This document shows, one piece after another, positions 52,505 through 64,000 of a DNA stretch of 64,000 nucleotides. A program made the position numbers and the translations under genes. This DNA comes from Ylistrum balloti (lineage: Eukaryota). Below the pieces are notes generated by a model that worked only from the letters and a program-made list of their open reading frames with translations, was not told the origin of the DNA and did no database searches. Every line of letters begins with the position of its first letter. Position 1 is the stretch's first letter. The DNA is taken from assembly GCF_031769215.1 (NCBI RefSeq), contig NW_026781982.1, forward strand, positions 1,054,001 through 1,118,000, given 5' to 3'.

Positions 52505-53489
52505 GACTTTCACCTCTTGAGCTCCCCAGCAGACGACAAAACAAAATCAAGACTATTATTGATTATGATACGAAAACTAAATTTCTAAATACATAAAAAA
52601 TGTATTTGCAACGAATCTTTTAGACATACCAACAAGTATTGAACACATCTGACTTTATGTCGCAAAATGAAATAAGTGTATGACGACCTACGTTTCATGA
52701 AAACCTTATTTTTCACGTCAGCTATCGAATCCATTGCGCTAAATAAACACTACTCGATAAGAAAGCATTTTGTTTACTACCTAATTTGAACACTGAACAT
52801 TTGAAATAGACCTGTATATGGTTGCCTTGCACAAAAAAGTCACTTATTTCACAGGAAGCTGAGAAAACATACCGTTTTTTTGCTGTGATGGCTGTGTGCT
52901 TGGACAAAACATGTTACACCGATTGTTTTTCACAGAACGCTACAAGTCTTTCTAAATTGTTCAGCGAGGCAGTCGCTATCACCTTCAAAGAGATCCCGCC
53001 TCAAAATATATATATGTAAGTGTATTCTATAAAAAAGCTCGTTTTGAGAAGGTTAAATCAACACCACACTCGAAATGCTGACGGCTTTTGCCAAGGATTG
53101 AATGGAACAGCAAAAAAGTATAACTTGCAAATTAAGTTTGTAGAGAAAACCATAGCTTGATAGAGAAATCATTGTTCATTTACTGATTTCAGTAGAAAAA
53201 ATCATCAGTTTTGCTTTTAAAATTTGGTAAAACTGCGAAAATACAAAGTATAAAAACTGATGTGTTTTTATTATTACATCATCCTTTTACTTCTTTAATG
53301 ATCCTCAAACAGTTTCAATTAAAATTTCACAAGAAAAAAAATACGAGGGAGACTAATGACTTCGTCTTTAATTATTTAGAAAAGTGTTTTGAAAAGTTTC
53401 TCAAAAACGAAAGCACAGTTTTGAAATAATGCCTTTTTAGGCAAAAGCTTTATCACTGAAAAAAGATGGCTGAATAAAATCATTGATTT

Positions 53490-55330
53490 GTTGAGCTGTA
53501 AACTATCCTAATATTCGCCTGGAGAGAGTGTCTGCCAGCACATTCAGCATGCCAGGAAGATGCTTGACCGCGATGGTCAACTACATCTCCTGGCAGAGAA
53601 GAAGAATGCGAATGGCAAGAGAACACATGACGTGAGACCTGATGCCTCCTTTTCTCTCCAGATATGCGACAATTGTAGAGTTGTCGGTAGCCACACAAAT
53701 CACTTTGGACTGCAGGATACGCCGAAAGGACTGCAAAGCCAAATGAACAGCCCTCATCTCGAGCACATTGATGTGCCCCGAGAGCTGTTCCCCAGACCAC
53801 TCCCCAGAGCGGTACAGGCCGTCGAGGTAAGCTACCCATTCTCTCTGGACGCGTCCGTGAGCAGGGTCATAGGGGGGACAGGCCTGGTCAGAGGCAGTCA
53901 GCAGAGAACGTTTTCCTGAATAGTCCACCATGAACGACTGGGTAAGAGGTAATCCAGACCTCCCAATCACTGGGCGAGGGAACCCAGTTGGACAGGAGGA
54001 ACATCTGGAAAGGTCTGATGTGAAGCCTCCCTATGAAGGCCACATCTGCCAGGAAGTTCAGATATCCCAGAAAACTTGCGACCAAGCGATCAAGGTCAAA
54101 GTCATAGCCCTGGCCTTCTCAGACTTCTCCAATATTAAAAGGGATAAGGACCGAACCGTGCCGAAATGATAACCCAGGAAAAGGAAGACATGAGATGGGA
54201 AAACCTCTAACTTCGCTCTGTAAGGAATGAAGCCAACTCTGAGCAAGACTTTCAGGAACAGACGGGTGTCCTTCACTAGCGCTTCCCTCACCAAATGTAG
54301 CATGAGGGAATCGTCGAAATAGATGTGGATGTCTGTTCCATGAGAGTGAAAAAATCCCAAGACCACCTTCAGCAACTTGGTGAAAACCAAAGGTGTTGTC
54401 GTGAGCCCCAAGGGCATGGCCCTTTCCGTTGCACGTAAAACGGACGATCTTCCATGTAGACTTCTTGATGGGGATATGAAAGAAGGCATCCTTCAGATCT
54501 ACTGAAATTGCCAATAGTCCGTCCCTCACAGAGGCCGTAGTGCACAGTGGGGTCTCCATATTGAAGTGAGGAGAATCTACGGGCCTGTTGAAGGCATTGA
54601 GATCTACGACCGGATGCCACGCACCGGACTTCTTCCGAACCAGAAACATTCTTGAGTTGAAACCGGGAATGCATTCCGACATAGGAACCTCGTATCAGTC
54701 AATTAGCGGAAGAGGTAGGGTTCCTCAACTGGTCGGTTTTTAAAGACTGAAAAACGCCTAGCCAACACGACATCGCGGGCAAAGATACTTACAAAGCCGC
54801 CGATGCTCTCAATGTCGCGTTCAGGGTAGAGGTGAAAGAAGGCCCCGCATTGACTCAAGGATTAATGAACTGAGATTCAGTTATCCCGTAGACGCAGACA
54901 ACCCTAACAAGAAGTTTGTGACCCGGAACCTGCACTCGAAAGTCCAGGCCCGGCATCAAGCCGGCCCCCACCACCAACACAACCTGGTGTACCGGGATCA
55001 CTGAAGGGATCAGTGACCGACGACCGAAAGTCCATACCCGACGGTAAAACCAACGGCAGACAGGAACTCCCGTCCAATTCGACCCTGGACTGCGCCGAGT
55101 CAGGATCGGGCTGTCCCCTCCCCCGTACTCCAGGTTGCGCCTGGACAGGCGGGACCACCCCCTACCCGATGGAGGAGCTATAGAACCGGGGGCAGACGAC
55201 CTAACAGGCTTACTTCTCCTGCCGGAAGAAGAGGTCGAATTCCTCTTAGGGCTGAAAGCTCGTCGAACAGACTGGGGGCCTTGACGAAAGACTACACGTG
55301 TGAACAGTCTTATTACAAGGTCCATACCTG
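53490..55330 (-). mobile_element. DIRS1-like (tyrosine-recombinase retrotransposon) gag-RT-RNaseH fragment
   Basis: PGFNSRMFLVRKKSG.W.PV.DL..FN; HF.MET; S.DLKDAFFHIPI; AMP.GL.T.P.VFTK; IY.DDSL; TDAS..WG.HL; GEWS....HINVLEMRAV; TDNST.VAY...GG.RS; HLPG.LNVLADTLSR. It is truncated before the methyltransferase and recombinase domains. Confidence 0.92.
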
Positions 55331-55826
55331 AAGACATGGGAACACTCATATGCTGTACTCTGACGCAAGAAAGTTTTGAAAATCTAACTAAACGAAGCCA
55401 CGATAACAAGAGAAAAACCAACATACCGAGGCAAACAACTGCAAAAGGAGACTTTTTAATCTTTTGTTTTTGGGGTACAAAGATGGGTATAGGTACCATA
55501 TTTGCATACTAAAGTTCTGGTAATTATTACTGAAATGAAATACATGTTTACATAGCAGAAATACGTGTTATCAAGTAACCAGGTACAAACGGTATTATAT
55601 CATTAGATCTTAAATGTTTGACAAGTTAGACATTTTTGGTCTGGTCACCTTGATCCTTCATCATTTTTATGGATCAATCAATCATTCTTGTTAGAAATGG
55701 TATATAAACCCTTTTTATATGTTGATAGTGGGTCGGTCTCCAGACACGTATCATCTGGTATGTATCTCACTTAAATCAATAAACAAGAACACTGCACTTG
55801 TTGACATCACCCTCCTTTCATCATTC

Positions 55827-55946
55827 TCCTTTCATCGTACAAACACTATCATGCTTCAACAAATTGGCGCCGTGACCTCCTTTCATCATACAAACATCAT
55901 CATACTTCAACAAATTGGCGCCGTGACCTCCTTTCATCATACAAAC
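55827..55946 (+). repeat. 51-bp tandem repeat, ~2.4 copies
   Basis: tcctttcatc(g/a)tacaaaca..atcat(g/a)cttcaacaaattggcgccgtgacc at 55827 and 55878, partial at 55929. Confidence 0.9.
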
Positions 55947-55954
55947 AACATGAA

Positions 55955-56430
55955 AAAACTAGAACAACTAAACAAACAATTGGAAATTATCAGACAGGGA
56001 AAGATTAAGGTAGCTTTGTAAGATCTCGGGCAAAATGGCAGGACAACGGGGAAAGTCTATACAATACTTTCTCAATTTAGGATGTAGAAATTTTACGTCA
56101 TTTTGTTTTTTCCAAAATTAGAGACTGATGATAGGAGCACACTAAACAGCAAAATGAAATTCTTCAGGAAGGATTTAAGAGCAACTATATGTTGAAAATA
56201 ACGATTTAGAAGATTTTAACCTAAATGATTTATTATGTATTTGTAATGTTCCAAAACTAGATGATAATGTTTCTAAGAGTTTAGAGGAGAAAATTACTAT
56301 GGACGAAGCAGCAAATACTTTTAAAAACATGAAAAATAATAAAACCCCGGTACAGATGGTTTCATTGTGGAATTTTTAAAATGCTTTTGGAGACGATTAA
56401 ATGGGTTCATTGTAAAATCAATAAATTTTG
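55955..56430 (+). mobile_element. L1/Tx1 ORF2 fragment (linker to RT start)
   Basis: LEIIRQGKI...RSRAKW...GE; PKL.....SLEEKITMDE...KNMKNNKTP(G).DGF.VEF.KCFW..L..FIVKSINF. Confidence 0.8.
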
Positions 56431-56819
56431 GCTGCTGCTGCTTGCAGAGTTAATGGAAGGACTGGTGCTAAGGAAAAGGAATACGCAAACCCGAATATGA
56501 ATTTTGAATAACAAATTTATATACAAATATACAACAAGGAACGAAATTCCAAGTTTACAGAGTATTCCATCTTAGTGCTAAGATCTCACCTCGCCTCAAA
56601 TCAGCTTAAAAATAACAATGTCAGACTGATGTTGATTGTTTATCATTTTTTCACAGACTGATGTGTGAATGTGTCATGTCCGTTGTCCGAGGTCTTGGCA
56701 GAAGTGTCGATATCATCAGTCTCTAGGTCATACTCCATGTAGAAATGGTTATCCTATGTTGCTACAATGATCAGTAGAGTAATTTGAAAAGACTGTAAAA
56801 TTAATTTAGGTTAGTTTAT

Positions 56820-56998
56820 GCTATACTTGGTAATGAATGACTAATGTAGGCTATACTTAGTAAAATGAAGGACTAATTAAGGCTATACTTGGTAATGAAG
56901 AATTACTTTATGCTATACTTGGTAATGAATGACTACTGTAGGCTATACTTAGTAAAATGAAGGACTAATTAAGGCTATACTTGGTATTGAATGGCTAC
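56820..56998 (+). repeat. 30/32-bp minisatellite (gctatacttggtaatgaatgactaatgtag), ~6 copies
   Basis: Units of 30, 32, 30, 30, 32 bp plus a last partial unit running into the solo LTR. Confidence 0.88.
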
Positions 56999-57713
56999 TG
57001 TAAAGCGGGACGAGCCTCAGTTTAGCATTCGAGGGAAAAAAGGAAACCAAGAATAGTAACATATATATACGAATTTATTTACATAAAATAAACCTAAATA
57101 CTGACAGGTTCACACTCGCTATCATTCAGTAACTTTCTTATACTAGTAATGGTAGACCCTACAGTCTTTCCACGGATAGATGGGTTGTTGTAATACTTCA
57201 CTTAACAGCATTTGTTGACAGTGAATAATATATCTCCAGTAGTATACACCGCGCTAGCAGTATATTTAGTAACAGAAGGTAAACTACTCTGGTGATATGG
57301 GTAACAACCTCGGTCCAATAACTCTGGCCAACAAACCAGAAGCTTGGTACAATCCGGGCCTCCCCATATAGTCCGTCTAGTGAGCGTGACGTTCCTTATA
57401 GTAGCTGACCTTGACCCCGACGACATATAATGCTGGTCGGTCCTCACGCCACTGTCTGTAAGTCACCTTGTTGTTGGCTCTAGGTGGTGCGTATGTCATC
57501 TGCCCATCATGTGAAGCCAAGTCAGAGTTCTAGGCTCCGTACATACTATGGCCAAAACTGATCCGAACACGAGTAAACAGGTACCATACACACTGAACGT
57601 CGTTCTTACCTTCCCGGTCACACACCACCTGCACTCACTCATGCGTTCACACATACGCTCACGTGATCCCTTTCCTAACAAAAATATGTTACTACACACT
57701 TTCGTTCGTGACA
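56999..57713 (-). mobile_element. Putative solo LTR (715 bp)
   Basis: Termini TGTAAAG...GTGACA; flanks GCTAC / GCTAG (5-bp TSD with 1 mismatch); minus-strand TATATAA at ~57140 followed by AATAAA at ~57075. Confidence 0.65.
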
Positions 57714-57809
57714 GCTAGCGTTATTTTTACAATCAACAATTCGCCCTCATCCCCTCCCCCTGTTTTTCTTTTCAAATGTAAACACGTGACCATGATAGAT
57801 GAAAATTAC

Positions 57810-57960
57810 AATTAAAGCATTTTATTTTTTTAATAAATATTAAATCGTTTATTGTCGGAACATTAAAATATGGATAAATGAATGGTCCATTACCACTAAG
57901 CTACAAACAAGGTTCTATCACCTGTATTCCAAAAGGTGGCAAGTCAACACACATTCTTTT
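57810..57960 (+). mobile_element. Short L1/Tx1 RT fragment
   Basis: IKSFIV...YG..NG.LPLSYKQGSITCIPKGGK. Confidence 0.65.
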
Positions 57961-60164
57961 TAACAAAATGGATGTCATTTATTATATTGAGTGTTTCCCA
58001 GCATTTGCTTCATCATGTATGTTGATATTCTCTGGTTACAGTTTAGATCCATGCTATACCATTATAACATCTCTATTTCAACAAGTGTATAACATCTAAT
58101 GAAAAGAAGTTCCTAACAAAAGCTGTTCTACCTAAATCTTTGTTATCTACTTTTTAGATACACTGTACTAGATTATTTCAACATAAATGCGTATTTACAA
58201 TAATATATTCTTCATCGACGCAAATCACATCAAAGTTACGAACATCATACACATACGTAGCTCGACGTGTATGATGTTCGTCAGTTTGTTGATTCCGTTG
58301 GTGTAACCTACATAAACATTATATTAAGAGAAAAATATGATAAAAACACATCAATCTTTTAAGCACTGTTACAAATACCATTGCATTAACAATAGCATAC
58401 TATATCACACATTTGTATCTCCGTCTTTCAAGCAAGTTGAATACTTGTCGTTGTCAACTAGTTTCGCCTCCTGTTGATGCCTATACCTAAAGAAGTGAAT
58501 ATCCGACTTACCGATTGTTCTTTCCATTTATTTAATCGCTTAGTTCGGTTACCTAAGCTTAATTTCATAGCACCCCACTGAACAACCCACCAACATCGGA
58601 ACTAAAGTTGGCTCTATTTCACTGTTTAATACTCCTTTATAGGATACCTTAACATAGAAATTGTAATCGCATTCCATACTTACTAATATTACAAAGTAAA
58701 TACAATATTCATCATACTTTATTGCGAAATATGGAAAGAAATGTCACCAAATAATAAAAATTATGTATATACAGTGTTTATGTACAATTATGCGTTGGAA
58801 AGTATACTTTATTGAAGAGTAAAGGTGAAAAATGTCTTCCACCACAATAAAAAAAATGACGTATATACAATGTTCATGTAATTTAACAAACAAATTATAC
58901 ATTTGAAAGAATAACTTTTTTGTCCGCCTCCAAATGATAAAAATATCCATGTTAGTTCACAAATAGTTTATCCCTTTTTCTCAAGACACAAAAATCACCG
59001 CCGGTAACCCACCTGTAATGCTTTCATCGTTGATATAGTGAGTGAAAGAAAGTAACGAGAGTAACCCACAAATATGGACAATACACAAAGGAATAGAGTA
59101 CAGAGCAAAGGCTAACATTAGTTGGCCATTCGACTGTTTCTCTTGATGCTACAAAATCATAACACATAAACATCATTTCAGTAATTGATTATTTTCTGTT
59201 GATAAATATTTTGAAAGTTGCAAATGTTTTAGAACGTAAATGAATATACATCATAAATTTTGTAAATAATTTTCGTAAATAAATCTTAAAACGTCGCAAA
59301 AATATACGTGATTCAAGTGTCAACAAAACGTATATTTCCTCCCTTCCATATTGTCAATTTTTGCCTTAAGTTTACAATGACGTTTTGTTGACCTTTTTAT
59401 GATTTCCAATGAAGCCTTTTCCAATAAAGTTTATTCATATTATGTACTGCCTGTATTATCTTTATTAATTTTCGTACACATTCTATTGTTGTACAAACAT
59501 TCTTACTCTGTTGAAAGTGTACTAAATTTTTCACTGCTATTTCACATTATCATTCAGATGAGCAAGCTATGTTGATGGGTAACTGTTATCAACACAACAG
59601 CTATAATTATGACGTCTTACTGCCAATCACAATTTCATTTCTGTCTATCCAGCTGTATAGGTGGATTGTCATGGAGATATTAATCTATCTCGTGATGATC
59701 ATGCTATTCATTAATAAAATCAAGTCACATGACACATCATGCGGACAGAAGTTTAACAAGAACTTATATGGAAGACTTCAACATAAAATAGAAAAGCGCG
59801 GTTTGTTTAATATTTTCATTTTTATTCAACCTATGGTAACATTTTTCGTTTTAGCTCGCCTCACCAGATACTCAAAAAGTTTTTTGACTCGTCTCATTAT
59901 CCTTTCTAGTATTGTGGTTTGGAGACTATAGTAAAGATTCAGTATGTACATGTACATTGGTACGGGTCAGAGTGAAAATTCGGCAACTGATTCGATAAGC
60001 ACACAGATGGCTCTAAACGGTGTAAATTGGTGAGATATTGAAATTGATATTTCTATTTATCTTAATTGGTTTACTATAAAGTTTAATATTATTTATAGGG
60101 GAAAGGATGTACATTTTTTGTTCAGTTGTCAGCATTTCGTATATTTATCAATAAATATGATAAT

Positions 60165-62264
60165 CTATATCACTTGGCCAATACTTGTCAGTGTCATTTT
60201 CCATGCCTCAGCGAATTGTATATCGAATTGCTCTATATATTCTCTCATATATAAATTTTTGTACAGCTCCCAAATATCTGTCAAATTGCCAGATTTTTCC
60301 GATGAAAGGAATTCCACCAACTCTTTACTTTTGTGGTACAAATCCAACTCTGCATTAAAATCTTTTAAGATATTATGAGAGTTTCTTTCTTGTGTGACAT
60401 ACGGTGGCGAAAAGGCCAAACGGATATCTTTTCTGTGAAGAAAGAATTGAGCAATGTAGCTTCTCCAAATATCACTGACACGCCCATTCACACTAATAGG
60501 TAATGCTAGGTAAGGAAACGCCGGCGGTAGCCATAAATTCGCCTGGGCATTGAATGGTGCATAGGAATATTTAGGCAACACTAATGAGAGATGAGACTTT
60601 CTGGTTGCTTTAAAGTCAAAAGGAACATCACGTGTCAGTCTATAAATAGCATCTATGTCTGGCTGATTATTGGCTAATGATTGCACGATGCCAAGAGTCA
60701 ATGTATCACTTGAATTGCATAGTTTTGGTTTAGTAGTTTCGTTTCTAATATCTTGTAGGGGAAATCCCCTTGGCCAGGTATAAGTTTCCTCCACTCCGAA
60801 ATATGTATAAGGGTTTAGGAGAATACTTTTCATACCTTTACAAACTGTGACGTAATGGAAATGTGTTTCCATTTTGAAATCGTTTAGTTCAATCATTCCA
60901 TTATTATCGTCATCGAAGTCCCATATATATTTAGCTTTGTGATGGATAGCATACATATATCCAATGTTTTTTCTTCCAAAATGATTAATTGGTATAATTT
61001 CTGATAACAAAGGATATAACTTGCTTTGTTCCTTTACAGAAAGATATTTGATTCTGTTTCGGGTCTTATCAAATCCAAGTCCTGGGAGATATGTACCCTC
61101 CAACGGTGTCAAATTGTCAGCTACTATAACTAGGCACCAATTCGACAGCGACGCTATGGTTTTCATAGCTTTTGATGGAGAATGTATTGTCGTGACAACA
61201 GCCCAGTTATTGCACTCTGGCATTTTGTCTAACATTGCCAAATATTTATACTTATTCGTTATCGACGTCGGTAAAAGTGTTCTTACGACATGACCCGAAA
61301 ACAACGATCCGGTTACAGAACCAATGGACCCAACATTTGAGAAGGTTACAGGTGTGTTATATTTATGGAGTTGCTTCATCACATCCACGGATGATTTGTG
61401 GTTTAGGATATACCTTGTACAAAATCCTGGCTTTATGTTCATCAGTATCGTTGCTTCATGACCTCGGCCCATGTGAATAATCATTTTGTTATCTGCAACG
61501 TAATCAATATCAATGTAAATAGACAACCAAGATACTAAAGACGTATCAGCAAAGTTAGTATCAATCAAGTCAATGCTAGCGTTGCATCCTTTCTGATCTG
61601 TACAATATTTGCGTTTAACAATTCTATCTATTATTTTTTTACCAACAACTACAAAAATTTCGTCTAAATAAAACTCTTTTGCATTTAGTTTCTGTCCGCC
61701 ACCATGTGTCCACCCATAATATAATGTCTGTGATTTCAGTTCATTAAGTCTTTTGAAAATCTGTGGGACACAAATAAATGTATCATCATCTAATTTTGCA
61801 ATAAGTGACACATCCGGGTATTTTTCATGAACGTATTTATACCACACATATAATTTCTCTCCAAATCTTACCGCTCGTCCCTTCATAGTCACATTTAGAA
61901 AAAGAATATCGTTGTATTTGCTCTTTTCTAACATTGTAATCTTTGTTGGCTGGTCCATTAGAAACTTATATGTTATTCTGAAAGGAAGTGTATCTTGTAA
62001 TAGATTTACAGTAGACAGCCATGTCGACCGAAGTGCATTCCTATATTCAACATTCCGATCAGCTGAAAATATTCCTAATACGAAAAGTGGTCTTTTGTCA
62101 AGGTTTGATAGCTCTGCAGATTTTGTGCATCTTTGTGTCACTGACATCGTGTTCCGATGAAAATAGAAATTGTAGATGGAGACAGTAGAGAAGATGGCAT
62201 ATATTAAAAGTCCCATAAATAAGATATTTTTCATCAACCTCAGACGTCTGCCTTCCCCAAACAT
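60165..62264 (-). CDS. Type II membrane glycosyltransferase fusion: GT31 (beta-1,3-galactosyltransferase-like) + STELLO/DUF288 domain, ~699 aa
   Basis: Open 720-codon frame with an acceptor ttttaattttcag| at 62307, so the likely start is MFGEG (62264). TM segment ILFMGLLIYAIFSTVSIY. GT31 motifs: VLGIFS..RN...RNALRSTW, KFL.D, DILFL, K.Y.WYKY, KLDDDTFI. STELLO motifs: WAVVTTI, WCLVIVAD..TP, YLS..EQ, HFGRKNIGY.YAI.H.AKYIWDFDDDN, NPY.YFG, WPRGFPL, QSLAN..PD.DAIYRLT, PFNAQ, VSDIWRSY.AQ, V.Q.RN.HN..KDF.AE. Confidence 0.92.
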   Translation of the reverse strand: MFGEGRRLRLMKNILFMGLLIYAIFSTVSIYNFYFHRNTMSVTQRCTKSAELSNLDKRPLFVLGIFSADRNVEYRNALRSTWLSTVNLLQDTLPFRITYKFLMDQPTKITMLEKSKYNDILFLNVTMKGRAVRFGEKLYVWYKYVHEKYPDVSLIAKLDDDTFICVPQIFKRLNELKSQTLYYGWTHGGGQKLNAKEFYLDEIFVVVGKKIIDRIVKRKYCTDQKGCNASIDLIDTNFADTSLVSWLSIYIDIDYVADNKMIIHMGRGHEATILMNIKPGFCTRYILNHKSSVDVMKQLHKYNTPVTFSNVGSIGSVTGSLFSGHVVRTLLPTSITNKYKYLAMLDKMPECNNWAVVTTIHSPSKAMKTIASLSNWCLVIVADNLTPLEGTYLPGLGFDKTRNRIKYLSVKEQSKLYPLLSEIIPINHFGRKNIGYMYAIHHKAKYIWDFDDDNNGMIELNDFKMETHFHYVTVCKGMKSILLNPYTYFGVEETYTWPRGFPLQDIRNETTKPKLCNSSDTLTLGIVQSLANNQPDIDAIYRLTRDVPFDFKATRKSHLSLVLPKYSYAPFNAQANLWLPPAFPYLALPISVNGRVSDIWRSYIAQFFLHRKDIRLAFSPPYVTQERNSHNILKDFNAELDLYHKSKELVEFLSSEKSGNLTDIWELYKNLYMREYIEQFDIQFAEAWKMTLTSIGQVI

Positions 62265-64000
62265 GATTACTTGCTCCTTGTAAATCAGCAGCTCGTGGTG
62301 GGATGACTGAAAATTAAATATGCTCATTTCAATAAATTGGAAGATTTGATACAGTTCTGTGATATTAATGTATTAATTCATGATTCATATATACAACACA
62401 TATCAAAGGCAGCATACTATTTACATAAACAGATACAGACAGCAGATCAATTGAACAACATATATCAAACCAATAAAAGAAAAATTTAACAAACTTCATC
62501 ATCTTATTTAAATTGATGGTATGCGGTCTAATTGACCTAGGTTAAGATAAACGTCTACAAGTTGGAATGAGACCTTCTAGAGCTCTCTACTTTTCCATTT
62601 CTGTGCGCCCCCAACACAATATCCACCAAAGTACTACATAAAATGTTTCATTCTCAGCTACAAAATGACGTGGTTTGATATATACGCATCTATGATACAT
62701 TTCCGTCGCTAAATACTCGTAAGAAGTTCAATAATGTTCATAAAAAAAATAGCTCGTCGGTGCTTTATTTCTCACAACCACGTAAGCATTCCCTTGTATC
62801 GAGAATAATCTTTTAATACGATTAATACCGATATTGCCCTGTCATAAACGAATTAGGAAACCTGTGGTAAACGTTGCAAAAACAATGCAGCAGACAGTCA
62901 TTCGTTGAAACATCAATGCAGATGCTGCAATAAGACACCAAGTGTTTGTTGTACAAAGTAAAACTGTTTTCGCATGCCACATTATATTCATTTGAATGCA
63001 ATTACTCAGTTTCGATTTTCCTCTGTCGACTGTTATGATTAAATAATTTAGACCCTTAGCATTATTAACGAGTCATAGAAAAGAATGGCAAGATGGTGGA
63101 CACCACTAGCGCACCACAACGACGTAGAGCGGAAATCTAAATACACGGCAATTCTGATAAAAAAAAATAAAACTGGTGGTAAGTGGAAGTCCCGAGACCA
63201 TTATAATGTCTATTTACGTACAACGCCACCCGATTTTGATATGCCGTCTTCTGAACCCCAACTCAAAGTCGATAATAAAGAGAATGTTAAGTAACTTGAT
63301 AATGAACTAATTCACTTTCCGCTTGATTCGAATGATAGGAAATTAACTAAGATATGTGTGGGATAGAGGCATAACTGAAATATATGACGATTTTGTTGTA
63401 TAGAAGTGTTGTGTTAGGTCATGCTAGAGTCATAATGAGGTAATGGTGTAGAGGTGTTTTGTTAGGTAAACTTGTCGAAAGGATATTCCAAAAGAATATA
63501 CAAAGTCACTAAATGTAGCAAGAGACAGCTTGATTGTTTAGGCATGTAGGAATTTTCGATTTTAAAAAGTCAACACTGTAAGCATTAAAAATAAATGCAC
63601 CACAGAGACCAGGGAAGTCAATCTAACAAGCCATATATTATCAGGCACTCTTCTGTGTTCTCGAGCTTCTTCAAATGGGAGTCAGACTTCTATGCTTAGT
63701 AAAAGAACTAAAATAGAAAACGACAGTGTTTTTCATTCAATATGCGACAACTTTAAATCAAATAGAACTGTCCTGGAATTAACGGAACATTCACAATAGG
63801 GAAACTGGAATCCCCACGCTTATCATACAGCTTGGTTGAAAGCTTTCCGTGTTTATTTCGTTGTAGTAAAGATCGAGATAATTGGCTTATGTAAAGAGTC
63901 AAATATGATGCTTTGATAATTTGATGACCTGTCAGCTAATAAGGTCACGTTAAATTTGTTTTAAACTTTGGGAATGTCTTTTTACATGTCTTTTTAAAAC

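Noticed and set aside
58400-59000. Possible decayed paralogue of the GT31-STELLO 5' end on the minus strand (FGGGQK, MMNIVF, tacaatttctat)
   Set aside because: The matches are short, low-complexity and in different frames; no catalytic-domain motifs follow. It needs a tBLASTn test.
59569-59931. 120-aa hydrophobic ORF on the plus strand
   Set aside because: AT-rich composition explains the hydrophobic bias; there are no motifs, and it lies in the probable 3' flank of the minus-strand GT gene.
63085-63294. 69-aa ORF MARWWTP...
   Set aside because: No recognisable motif or splice support.
63666-63680. 15-nt exact match to HSPA12 B (9705-9719, cttcttcaaatggga)
   Set aside because: No flanking homology; compatible with chance in a 64-kb AT-rich window.

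Overview
AT-rich, intron-containing animal DNA, most likely a bivalve mollusc (inferred from the HSPA12 expansion and the repeat types). Host genes: (i) an HSPA12 (atypical Hsp70) cluster at 2.3-16.4 kb, with one intact 4-coding-exon copy on the minus strand (580 aa) and two deleted or frameshifted pseudogenes; (ii) an FKRP/LicD-family type II membrane transferase on the minus strand, whose start MTSS appears to lie in a micro coding exon 4.8 kb upstream; (iii) a single-coding-exon type II membrane protein fusing a GT31 galactosyltransferase-like domain to a STELLO/DUF288 domain. The 25-58 kb interval is mostly decayed transposons. A nested stack at 29.6-45.5 kb can be reconstructed: an old CR1-like LINE was split by a full-length Gypsy element (187/184-bp LTRs, GTAT TSD) and by an L1/Tx1 element flanked by a 73-bp duplication. 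That L1 itself carries a young CR1-like RT, a solo LTR and a 786-bp insert. Further right are a tRNA-containing mini-LTR unit fused to a gag-less Gypsy pol, a DIRS fragment and a second solo LTR. Several minisatellites are scattered through the window. The strongest candidates for novelty are the solo LTR with three perfect heat-shock elements directly upstream of a TATA box, the GT31-STELLO fusion, and the tRNA-derived LTR unit. All alignments, translations and family assignments were done by eye; no database was searched.
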